DNA from: Mobula hypostoma
Lineage: Eukaryota
Assembly: GCF_963921235.1 (NCBI RefSeq)
Contig: NC_086097.1
Location: 152,646,001-152,710,000, forward strand
Length of the DNA: 64,000 bases
Reading direction: 5' to 3'
The notes under the pieces are model-generated. The model was not told where the DNA came from and made no database searches. It saw only the letters and a list, made by a program, of their open reading frames with translations. Position 1 is the first letter of the stretch. Each line of letters opens with the position of its first letter. This document shows positions 1 to 11,095 of this stretch, one piece after another. Made by a program: the position numbers and the translations under genes.

Positions 1-110
1 CCAACGAGGCAGAAATATTTATCTTGCACCAGATTGGGTAATGATCACTCCCTACAGTTGCTTCTTGGTACACTAACCAATCACACACTGATGTAATGGA
101 ATTCGATACT

Positions 111-674
111 GTTGTTCGTCCATCACTGGCGTCGATGAGGACCTCGACACCATAATGATGGTGTCGAGACTAGCGCGTGATTTGGATTTAAGTGAGGGAG
201 AGTTGCTCAGCGTCAGCCTCACTCTCTCTTCCCAATTCCCATCTGGATCCAGTGGCAAGACAGAGTCTAGACAGCTGGAGATGGGACCTAGACGCAGTGG
301 ATGACCAGGACGTCTTCTGTGTCTTGTCCTGCTCTATACGTTCCACGACGCTTGCAGAGACCGCCTTCTTGACCGTTGGACCTTCCATTGATCTCGTCCG
401 CTCAATCCGCCGGAGTCTGTCTTCACATGCTGGGATAGACAACTCGCTATCTCACTGAGGGTTTGAGACCCATCGGCTACCCTCACCTGGTTTAGTCGGC
501 TTGTCGAAGCCGTTGCCCGGGTGGCTGCTGTCGCATGCAAACAGCTACGGGGAGCCACAGGTGAGAGCTGAGTGCCAGTTGGGGACCAAAGGTGGACTAA
601 CCACCCTGAAAAGATTGCGACGTGTTCCCCCACCAGAGGTGCTACCCCTCCCTGACACCCCATACACCCCACAC
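111..674 (-). mobile_element. 564-bp non-coding, non-autonomous retroelement (probably RTE-derived, 5'UTR plus 3' end)
   Basis: Clean insertion into the LINE endonuclease ORF, with 'act' on both sides (108-110 and 675-677). On the minus strand the 3' end reads ...gatggacgAACAAC with terminal stem-loops, as in RTE-clade tails. No meaningful ORF. Confidence 0.7.
480..670 (-). ncRNA. candidate HDV-like self-cleaving ribozyme at the 5' end of the 564-bp element
   Basis: Pairings found by eye on the minus strand: P2 cucucaccug/caggugaggg, P3 ggc/gcc, L3 starting ucccc, GGGCA, P4 cggcuu/aagccg, J4/2 acuaa. The candidate P1 GGGGUGU is at the element 5' end. Confidence 0.55.
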
Positions 675-1242
675 ACTAATGTAAGATCAAGCACAGATTC
701 TTTACCTGTATTAACGTCAATTCTAGTACTACTGCCATCATTTAGGCACACTAAATGCTCCTCATCTAGCAACTCCTCTATTACCTGACCATTGATGTCT
801 GTTCTGTCACTCCCCCATGATACATTATGTCCATTAAAATCACCACACCAAACAACGTTACTACTATTCTGCCCTTCTATCTCCTCAAGCTTGTTTAACT
901 CTAGTCTTTTGCATGGATTATAATAATTCACAATCACCAACGCTTTCCTTTCAGCCCATAGTTTTACTACCACATACTCTTGTTCACTTCCTACACCTAG
1001 TATTCTATAAGGAGTACCTTGCTTTACAGAAGTTGCACATCCTCCTCCTCCACCCTCTCTCCTGTCTCGCCTTACTGCCTCATAACCATATAAAACAAAA
1101 TCTAAATTAGGTTTTAACCAGGTCTCCTGGATACACACAACATCTGGCTTTTCTCTCCTACTAGCTATAAACTGCTTGAAATCTTGTCCATTAACAATCA
1201 GGTTTCTTGCATTCCATTGAAGAAGTAGCATTATTAGTAATA

Positions 1243-2407
1243 TCAGCCCACACATACTGTCTCTTGACTTGACTGTACCCTGAGTTCATCGTTTACTTCT
1301 TCCCATTTTAATCCTATCATATCCAAATGGTGCTCTGCAGCTTTCACAATAATCTGAATCCTTTCAGTTTTAGATTTGATTTCGTAAGTTGTATTTACCA
1401 CTCCTGCTATAAAGGTCACCAATTTCTTCTTCTCTATCCATGCATTCTTCTTATCTTGCCTTTCTTTAGCTGCCGCTTGCTCTTTGCTACATCCTCCCTC
1501 ATTCATTTTCTTCTGTCCTGCCAACTTGACTGCCTCAGCATGAGACTTTTTCCTTCACCGTTATCTGCTGCACCTCCACCTCTTTTTTCAACACTTCACA
1601 TCCCCAGTACACTACACTATGGTTACCTCCACAATTACAGCACTTTGGTCTCACTCCCTCTCCACATTTTCCGTATTCATGTTCCCCACCACACCTTGCA
1701 CATCTTCTCTTTCCTTTGCACACTTTGGCCACATGCCCAAACTCCTGGCAATTGAAACACCTCATAGGTTTTGGTATATATTCTCTTACATTGTATCTTA
1801 GAAATCCAAAATATAACTCCGTTGGAGGCACCTTATCCTCAAATTCTACCAGAACTGTTTCAGTCTCCCTTTTCTCTGCTCCCCTTGTCATTCTTTTCAC
1901 ACTCTTCACTGAACTACTCCTCACCCTCAAGTTCTCCAATAGCTCCTTCATATTAACACTGAGGGGAACCCCGGATATCACCCCCTTGCAACCATTGACC
2001 CTTTGTGCTCCAACTCTTACAACCCTGGACACTTTGACTTTCCCAACATTAGTCACCTTCATTGCCTTCTCCATCTGCTCTTCAGTTTTACATCCTATCA
2101 GCAGGTTTCCATCTCCTAAAATTCTTGCAGGGCTTACTTCCCTTACTTCTGATGATTTTTGTTAGCTTAAGCAGATCAATTTTCTTTACTCCCCCTTCCC
2201 CCTCAAATCTTACCACTACATTTAGCAATTTTGCCCTCGGGCCCTTCTCCTCAACTTCTCCTCCCTCACTTTCCAATCCACCTACACTAGACCCACCTCC
2301 TTTCTTTCTCTTCTATCCCATCACCTTCCTGTTCTTAGTCCCTCTCCCACCTCTTCCCACTCAAACTCCATGCTATTGCTGTCACCATCAGTCTCCCTCC
2401 CTGCCAT
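1243..2407 (-). pseudogene. LINE ORF1 gag-like nucleic-acid chaperone (frameshifted)
   Basis: ORF pieces 2088-2276, 1535-2074 and 1243-1524 carry the knuckles CFNCQEFGHVAKVC, CARCGGEHEYGKC and CCNCGGNHSVVYWGC. The start is approximate. Confidence 0.8.
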
Positions 2408-2482
2408 CCTATCAGAATTTGCAAGGAACCGTGTACAAATATCATTCCAGACCTATACAGGCCATCAGTCAATATTCCCACA

Positions 2483-2612
2483 GAGTGAGTGAGTGAGTGA
2501 GTGAGTGACAGTGAGAGTGAGAGTGTGTGTGTGTCCCTCCTCCCTCCTCCCTCCTCCCTCCTCCCTCCTCCCTCCTCCCTCCTCCCTCCTCCCTCCTCCC
2601 TCCTCCCTCCTC
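2483..2612. repeat. compound microsatellite (gagt)n, (gt)n, (cctc/cct)n
   Basis: Simple repeats directly visible at the 5' boundary of the LINE-I-like element. Confidence 0.95.
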
Positions 2613-2649
2613 CCCAACAGTTCCACTAGCCAGCCCCCATCCCCACAAC

Positions 2650-2809
2650 CACACTCAATCCCAGGGCCACTTATATTCCCAGCCCCAAAATGGGCATCAG
2701 GTGCTTATGGTTAAGTCAACCGAAACTTGGGACAGCCGGAAGACCGGGAGTCCGGAGTCCACGGACCGGATCGTGAACTGGAATGCGGACTTTGGACCGG
2801 ACCATGACA
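2650..2809 (-). mobile_element. terminal fragment of an LTR, same family as solo LTR 40272-41499
   Basis: Aligns by eye with 41340-41499 (atcaggtgc...gagtccacggaccgga...gaccggaccatgaca) and ends in TGACA. Confidence 0.75.
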
Positions 2810-3612
2810 AAAATAGGCCACAGTCAGCATGGTTTCCTCAAGAGAAAATCATGTCTTACAAATCTGATGGAATTCTTTAAAGAATTAACAAGTAGAATTG
2901 ACAAAGGAGAATCAGTTAATGTTGAGTACTTGGATTTTCAGAAGGACTTTAACAAGGTGCCACGTATGAGGCTGCTTAACAAGCTATGAGCACATGGCAT
3001 TGTAGGAAAGATTCTAGAATGGATAAAGCAGTAGCTGAGTAGCACTATAATGAGTGGGAGTATTATGAGTAATTTTGGGGCTCTTAGAAAGGATGTGCTG
3101 AAACTGGAGAGGGTTCAAAGGAGGTTCACGAAAATGACTCCAGGATTGAACGGCATGTCACATGAAGGATGTTTGATGGCTCTGGGCCTGTATTCACCAG
3201 AATTCAGAAGAATAAGGGGTAACCTCATTGAAACCTATCACATGGTGAAAGGCCTTGATCGTGTGGATGTGGAGAGGATGTTTCCTATGGTGGAAGAGTT
3301 TAAGACCAGAGGACACAGCCTCAGAATAGAGGGTTGTCCTTTTAGAATGGAGAGGAGGAAGATCTTTCTTTAGCCAGAGAGTGGTGAATCTGTGGAATTC
3401 TTTGCCACTGGCAGCTGTGGAGACCAGATCTTTAAGTATATTTAAGGCAGAGGTTTATAGATTCTTGAATGGTCAGGGCATGTATGGATATGTGGAGAAG
3501 GCAGGAGATTGTGGCTGAGAGGAAAATTGGATCAGCCATGCAGAAATGGTGGAGCAGACTTGATGGGGCAAATGGCCTAATTCTGCTCCTATATTGTATG
3601 CTGTTATGGTCT
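2810..3612 (+). mobile_element. CR1 LINE 3' fragment, internally deleted
   Basis: SQHGFLKRKSCLTNLMEFF...YLDFQKDFNKVP and LERVQRRFTKM...TRGHSLRIEG motifs, then a CR1-type 3' tail. Confidence 0.9.
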
Positions 3613-4393
3613 TAAAATATCTTCTGTCACTTTCCCTGACCTGACCAAGGAGCTTTGATCTGAAGCATTAATATTGTTTCTCCTTCTCCACAGTTTGATC
3701 TGCTTAGTGCTTCCAGCTTATTCTGTTTTTATCTTTGCAATCTGCTTTCATATTTAATATTTTAAGCCTGATATTATTTTGATATTTATGCAAGATAATA
3801 GTTGCTTTATAATGAGTTCCATTGAAAAATCGTACTTATGATATGATTCTTAAATCTGAACACAATAATTTGGAAAGTGTTCTACACTATTGAAATGAAC
3901 CTCCTTTCTTTATATCTACTTCTACTGAATAAATAAATTATTCTATTAGATTTTTGATTTTTATTTTCGCCTGTCCTGACTTTATGGATGGATGTCAAGG
4001 TATCACATCTCACAGAAATAATCCTCGATAAGCTGAAGTGCCTATTTCTGTGAGGCATAACCCCATGCAGAGTATCCAGAAGAAACACACACAATCACAG
4101 GGAGAACACACAAACTTCCCTTCAAACTTCCTGGACAATCCATATCTTTTGTTTTTATGTAAATCTTCCAATTTGGCTTCCTCAAATAAAAGTTAATAGC
4201 CTCGTGTATTCCCACATCCACCTTGACATAGCTCATTGTATGTCTTACTTCCATCCACTTAATCTACTGTCTACCAGTTGTACAACTGTGACATTTCATT
4301 CTCTGATTTTTTTATTCAATTCTTTGGGAAATATTGTGACACTAGTGTAGGTTTCTAATGTATTCCACACTTAGCAGATTTGTTTTATCACTG

Positions 4394-5059
4394 CAAACAC
4401 GAGGAATTCTGCAGATGCTGGAAATTCAAGCAACACATACAAAATGCTAGTGGAACGCAGCAGGCCAGGCAGCATCTATAGGAAGAGGTACAGTCAATGT
4501 TTCGGGCTGGGACCCTTCGTCAGGACTAACTGAAAGAAGAGACAGTAAGAGATTTGAAAGTGGGAGGGGGAGGGGGAGATCAGAAATGATAGGAAAAGAC
4601 AGGGGGGGAGGGATGAAGCTAAGAGTTAGAAAGTTGATTGGCAAAAGGGGTACAAGGCTGGAGAAGGGAAAGGATCATGGGACGGGAGGCCTAGGGAGAA
4701 AGAAAGGGGGAAGAGCGCACTAGAGGAAGATGGAGAGCAGGCAAGGAGTTATTGTGAGAGGGACAGAGGGAAAAAAGAGAGAAAAAAGGAAAAAAATAAT
4801 AAATACATAAATAAATAAGGGATGGGGTAAGAAGGGGAGGAAGGGCATTAATGGAATATAAGGTGTTGTTCCTCCAACCTGACTGTGGCTTCATCTTGAC
4901 AGTAGAGGAGGCCATGGAAAGACATATCAGAATGGGAATGGGACGTTTCGCTGAACACCTACGCTCTGTCCGCCAAAGAAAGCATGATCTCCCAGTGGCC
5001 ACACATTTTAATTCCACGTCCCATTCGTTCAAATGTTCATTTATTATTCTGATGAAGGA
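4394..5059 (-). mobile_element. Penelope-like element 3' end (minus) with a short inverted plus-strand piece
   Basis: Hammerhead-bearing tail 4394-4530 and GIY-YIG C-terminal remnant, then inverted RFAEHLRSVRQRK at 4944-5027. Probable TSD tatcactg at 4386-4393 and 5060-5067. Confidence 0.85.
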
Positions 5060-5959
5060 TATCACTGACCTCCCTGAACTTGATCATGTAAGTTGCTGTT
5101 GGACCAAATAAGTGACAAGAGAGAAACGAAAAATAATGAAGCAGATAATATGTAACTGAGGAGGTTGGCTAATTTGGAGAAAGGAAGTATGAAAATCTAG
5201 CAAATGTTAACTACAGAAAGAGTGCTCTGCTGTTGATTTTTACCAAATGAGATTCCCTCTGCAGTTTCAATGCACAAGCTTGTGGAAAACTCTGACTTGT
5301 TTTAAATTTTGTTGCCATCGGATTTTATACTGATTTGAAACAATTAGACAATAAATAAACTTTTCATTTTCTCATTGATGTTACACCTTAGAAATGAATA
5401 TTTAGGAAAGGAACATTAACAGTTCATATAGTGTGCTTCATCCATACACTTGTAATATCGGCTATTATTCACATAGTGCTCCTTTGTTATGCCATTATCT
5501 AGAGTGAGGTTCACCCACTTCCTGTTTTTCATTCAATCAATGAAGAGACTCAGTTTATTTTATTGTGTGTTTTCCTAAATCACTCTGGACACCATTTTCC
5601 TGAGCTAAAGTACTTAATTTATTGTGTTTAACTGTGGTGCTTACATGTTTCATCAATGCCACATCCTAATTAAATATTGAGTTGAATTGTGATAGCTGGA
5701 ATGGTAGTTCTGATGACTAACTGCACTCTGGACATGGCATGGAGTCCAACAACATGTCATTTGAAACCATTTGACTAAGCGTGACATCAAGGAGGAAGCA
5801 TCCTTATGTTTGTTAATGCTTACATGATGTCCATTTCTAACAACACGTCACAATAGGAATTGATTAACACCAATGCATCTGGCAACTTGGAACCTTTTAA
5901 AAATGAGATGGTAAAAATCATGTCTTGTATGTTTCCATCAGAGTGAAAGGCAAAGTTGG

Positions 5960-7520
5960 TAAGATTAAAGAATGTTGCTTGATGAGGGATATTGAGGACC
6001 TGGTTAGGAAACATAAGGAGATTTATGACAGGCATAGGTAGCTGGGCTCAAGCTGACTTTAAATGATATAGATGTACACTTAAGATATAAACTTGGAGAA
6101 CAATAAAAGGCCAGATATTTCTATAAGAACATTAGAAGTAAAAGTGTAGCAAGAGAGAGAATAAGGCTCAGTGTATTCATCCATGTCTGGAGCCACAGGA
6201 AAAAGTTGAGTTACCAAATGAATATTTCTCATCTGAATTTACTGTGGAGGAGGACATTACTGAATTTGAGAGAGGGAACAGTCATAGCCTGATGCAAATC
6301 AACATTAAAAAGGAGAAGGTTAGCAGGATCTCCCAGTGGCCACACATTTTCATTCCACATCCTGTTCCCATTCTGATATGCCTATCCACGGCCTCCTCTA
6401 CTGTCAAGATGAAGCCACACTCAGGTTGGAGGAACAACACCTTATATTCTGTCTGGGTAGCCTCCAACCTGATGGCATGAACATTGACTTCTCTAACTTC
6501 CGTTAATGCCCCACCTCCCTTTTGTACCCCATCTGCTATTTAGTTATCTTTTATTATCATATATATTTTTTCTCTCTGTCCTTTTTCTCCCTCTGTCCCT
6601 CTCACTATACTCCTTGCCCATCCTCCGGGCTTTCCCCTCCCCCTTTCTTTCTCCCTCGGCCTCCTGTCCATCCCATGATCCTCTCACATCCCTTTTGCCA
6701 ATCAACCTTCCAGCTCTTAGCTCCATTCCTTCCCCCTCCTGTCGTCTCCTATCATTTCAGATCTCCCCCTCCCCCTCCCACTTTCAAATCTCTTACTTTC
6801 TCTACTTTCATTTAGTCCTGACGAAGGATCTTGGCCCGAAATGTCGACTGTACCTCTTCCTATAGATGCTGCCTGGCCTGCTGCGTTCACCAGCAATTTT
6901 TATGAGGTTTTGGAGATCTTGAAATGCATAAAAGCAGAAAAATCACTGTGGCCTCTCCAGCTGTATATTAGAATGCTCTACCAAGCAACAAAGGACCTTG
7001 CAAAGATCTTTGTGCCTGCATTAGGTACAGGTGAAGTACCAGAGGGTGGCTGATGTTGTCCCTTTACTTAAGAAGGCCATTAAGGAAAAGCCTGGAAAAC
7101 ACAGGTCAGTGAGCATTGTATCACTGGGTGGAAAGTTAATGGAAAGGATTTTGAGGGACAGGATTAATTAGCATTTGGAAAGACAAGAACTGATTAGAAG
7201 TTATTCAGCATGGCCTTATGTGTGAGTTCATGCCTCACAAACTTGATAGATTATTTTGAAGAGTGAATAATAGGATGATAGGCTTGATCAGGGGTGGTGG
7301 AGATTGACAAGACCTTTGACAAAGTCCCACAAGGACAGAAGGTTAGAATACATAGGATCCAGTAGAAGGCAGAGGGTGGTAGTGGAAGAGCTAGTTTACA
7401 GATTGGAGGTCTGTGACTATTGTTGTGCCACAGGGATTGGTGCAGAGTTCTCTGTTGGTTTTTACCTATAATAATGACCTGGCTAAGAACATAGGTTGCA
7501 TAGTAAGTAACTCTGCAGTT
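5960..7520 (+). mobile_element. degenerate CR1 ORF2 fragment interrupted by a Penelope copy
   Basis: Decayed CR1 RT-region motifs (NEYFSS, VVPLLKK, QHGL, FDKVP). Confidence 0.75.
6323..6904 (+). mobile_element. 5'-truncated Penelope-like element with hammerhead tail
   Basis: Same sequence as 63457-64000 (QDLPVATHF...NIDFSNFR*, pyrimidine tract), with the hammerhead core ctgacga...gaaa at 6818-6841. Confidence 0.9.
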
Positions 7521-7524
7521 AACA

Positions 7525-7765
7525 CTATTTGCATTTGGCACATATCCCTCTAAACCTTTCCTGAACATGTACCTGTCCAAGTACCTTTGAAATACTGCTA
7601 ATATCCCTGCCTCAACCACTTCATCTGGCAGCTCATTCCACACACTGACCATTCCTGGGTGAAAAATTTGTCTTTCAGGTTCCTATTAAATCTTTCCCCT
7701 CTCACTGTACATCTATGCTGCATTATTCTTGATTCTCCAACCCTGGGGAAAAGACTGTGTATCCT
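7525..7765 (-). mobile_element. CR1 3' end fragment
   Basis: VSVWNELPDEVVEAGILAVFQRYLDRYM...LEGY, the CR1 ORF2 C-terminus. Confidence 0.85.
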
Positions 7766-9451
7766 TTGATGTTGCAGTGTTCACCGAGTTTGGCAATTAG
7801 CTTGCAGACGTTTCATCACCAGTCGAGGTGATGCCATGAGGTTCAAGCAGTCCAACTGTCATTTCTGATATATTCTTGATGTCAGGGAAGGTCACGCATT
7901 TCAGAACAACGGCTACCCACAGAATTTCATCAGGAGATGCTTACTAAGGAGAGAAATTCATGCAGACCTTATTCAACCTGTAATGAAATACGTGACAAAT
8001 CAAGACGGACCAATTCCTACCAGTAGTAAATGCTAGTGCTCTTGAGAAGGCTTTAAACTAGAATGGAAGAGGGAGTGGAATTTAAATTGCATAACTAAAG
8101 AGAGAAGAACAAGGAAAGAATGAACAGAGAGAACAGTAGAAAGCAAAAACACAAGGAGATTGAGAATGACAGGCAAATTGAGCAACAGTGTAAGTATGAA
8201 TAAATTTTTAAAAGGGCAAGCCTAAAGGAAAATGAAAACAGACAATAAGTCTGTTTAAATACTGTACAGTATGTTAGTACGTAAGAGAGGACTTTTAGTA
8301 TTACCCCTAGGTTAATACAGGCTCAGTGGGCCAATGCAGGTCCAGTTTCAACGTCCCAACATTGAAAATCAGCAATTCCTCCCCAACCCCCAACCCTCTC
8401 AGATTCTTGTCAACCATCTGAGTTTCTCGACCAGATTGTTTATGCTCCAAGTTCCAGTATTTGCAGTCTGTGTCTCAAGGGACCAGATTCTCTTCTGTTC
8501 CAATAAAAGTACGTGGCCTTACTTGGTAATATGATTTGTCAACCTTTATTTTAAAATATCCTCACTCACACTCTAACTAATTGATTTTTCTTCATTTGTC
8601 CTGGATGCACATATTATCTACTGTAGTATTTTAATAGCCCACGTAATAAACTGTGGCCAGTCATCTCCTTAATCGGAAGCACAAAAAATCTGCTAACAAC
8701 CAAGAAACTCAGGATGTTGAGGAACAGGATTAGTCATAATGCAGGCTTTTGACCTGCTGCATGACACACTGAGTACGTCATCAGCAACGCGACATGGGAC
8801 TTCTGTTGACTGGGATGTATATCCAACAGGCCATTGTGGACTAAGTTTAATGGCTCCGCCAGGGTCAGTGAGGTGTCACAGGCTCCAGAGTTAGAGTTCT
8901 ATGCAAGCAGCAGGAGTAAGGTCCAATGGCCCCCAGGGTTTATGAATTAGTGAAACTGGAGTTCGAGGCCTAGTATTCACTTGTTCCGACATCGATGGGT
9001 CTAGAGTTCAAGGCCTGGTTTTCAGTGATTGGTGGGTCCTGGGTTGATGCCAAGGATCAAGGCCCAAGAGCCGAATTAAGATTCTGGAAATTGAGGCCCA
9101 TTGGCCAGAGCCTTGGTCTGAGAATCTCTGTGAGTCCGCTGGGGAAGTCGAAGGCCCAGCATCTGCATGTCCACGTTCAAATACAAGTCCAAGTCCAGGT
9201 CTGATGTGGGTGGTGGCCAAAGAATACAAACTATCTTGGGGTTAGAGGACTGTGCATGTGGGCTTGTTTTGCTGTTGTTTATTGTGTTGTGTTTTGTGCT
9301 GTTCTGCTAAGCATAATAGGCATGTCGGAATGTGTGCCGACACTTGGGGGTCTGCCCCCCCAGTACACCTTTTTGTGAATTGGTTACTAACACACACAAC
9401 ACATTTTACTGTATGCTTCAGTATTCACGTGACAAATAAACATGAATCTTG

Positions 9452-10320
9452 AACGGTGGTTGGCCTGATCAGAGGGGATGACGAGACGGCCTACAGGGAC
9501 AAGGTCCAGCACCTGGCCGCGTGGTGTGCCAACAACAACCTGGCCCTTAACTCCCAGAAGACCAAGGAGATCATTGTGGACTTCAGGCATGCCAGGAGCC
9601 ACACTCACATCCCCATGTACATCGAAGGAGCTGTAGTGGAGTGTGTATCAAGCTTCAAATTCCTTGGTGTCCACATTTTGGAGGCTCTTACCTGGTCCCT
9701 GAACTCCTCCATCCTGATCAAAAAAGCGCAACAGCGCCTTTACTTCCTGCGGAGCATCAAGAAAGCTCACCTCTGTCCCAGGATACTGACGGACTTTTAC
9801 CGCTGTACCATTGAGAGCATACTCACCAACTGCATCTCGGTGCGGTATGGCAATTGTCCCCTATCGGACCGCAAAACACTCCAGCGTGTGGTAAAAACTG
9901 CCCAGCGGATTATTGGCACCCAATTGCCCACCATTGAGAACATCTACCATAAACGCTGCCTGGGCAGGGTGAAAAGCATTATCAATGATGCATCTCACCC
10001 TAACCATGGACTTTTTACTCTTCCTCCCATCCGGTAGGCGCTACAGGAGCCCTCCCACACCAGCAGGCACAGGAAGAGCTTCTTCCCTGAGGCTGTGACC
10101 CTGCTGTACCTCAAATCACAGCACTAAGCAGTATTGCATCCATGTTGTACTGTCTCAGTACTTTTATATTTGTGTGCTGTAGCACTTACTTTTTATTCGC
10201 AATTATTTTGTAAATAACACTGTTCTTTGCATTTCTGGTTAGATGCTAACTGCATTTCATTGGCTTTGAATCTGTACTCGGCACAATGACAATAAAGTTG
10301 CATCTAATCTAATCTAATCT
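9452..10320 (+). mobile_element. Rex1/Babar LINE, 5'-truncated (RT C-terminal half plus 3'UTR)
   Basis: ORF 9456-10037 reads WCANNNLALNSQKTKEIIVDFR...FKFLGVHI...KKAQQRLYFLR...IESILTNCI. It ends with AATAAA and a (tctaa)n tail at 10303-10320. Confidence 0.9.
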
Positions 10321-10624
10321 TAATATTCTAGCGTCCCCTTGTCCCTTGTGTCTCCTCTCCTCAAAAAATTTAAATAAGCACATGAATAAATGAAATATTA
10401 AAAAAAAATCTAAGCTAAATTCTGAAAATGCCCAGTAGGTCAGGCCCCATCTGTGGGAAGCTTCTTACAGCATTATTTGATTTTATTTTTACACATAATG
10501 GCTGCTTGCAATCTGCTTCCTCAGCCTTTCTGATTTCTTTCTCTGATCAAGCTACGTTCCCAAATAGCTGGTAAATCAAGTTTTTGGAAGGTCTTTCACA
10601 CATTTACTTGGTCAAGCAATGTCC

Positions 10625-11095
10625 CTTGTAAGTACTATCCATTTCTTTGGATGACTGCAGCTCTGAATAAACTCAGAAAGTGTGACACCATCCAGGACCT
10701 AGTAATCCATTCGATTAGTAACCTACCTTCTATTTTAACATCCATTACTTCCACCAGCATCCAACAGTCACTGTTGTGTGCATCAATGGTTAAATGAACT
10801 GCAATTACTCACCAAGCTTACTCTAACAGAACCTCCCCACCCATGGTCTTTACCACCTAAAAGCACAAGTGCAGCAGGCAATACTTGCAAATTCTCTTCC
10901 ATGGGGAATATATTGCTCTTCCTTTGTTGCCACTGGCTCAAAATCTTGAAACCCTCAGTCCATCACCTTTGTGCATGTTCCTTCACAGGAAACACTGCAA
11001 CAGTTTAAGAAATTAATTCTCCTTTTCTTTCTTTGGGGTAATGAGGAATAGGCAATAAATGTTGCCTTTTTAGCAATACCCATCTCGAGAAGAAC
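10625..11095 (+). mobile_element. old LINE (CR1/L2 group) 3' remnant
   Basis: Degenerate coding-like segment (gacaccatccaggac...) ending in ggcaataaatgttgcc. Confidence 0.45.

Larger units (their letters stand above)
1..1231 (-). pseudogene. LINE ORF2 N-terminal AP endonuclease domain, interrupted at 111-674
   Basis: Removing 111-677 rejoins ...SVLDLTLV to SNSITSVCDWLVYQEATVGSDHYPIWCKINI in frame. Confidence 0.85.
1..2470 (-). mobile_element. LINE-I/Nimb-like non-LTR retrotransposon, 5' part (ORF1 plus ORF2 endonuclease); continues beyond the window start
   Basis: ORF1 has three CCHC knuckles. It is followed by an ORF2 AP endonuclease (LQWNARNL, VCIQETWL, WCGDFNGH, VLDLTLV), whose GSDHYPIW motif lies at 1-110 beyond an insertion. 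Confidence 0.85.

Noticed and set aside
2469..2880. Pro/Ser- and Gly/Arg/Glu-rich ORFs
   Set aside because: These are translations of the (cctc/cct)n microsatellite and the LTR fragment.
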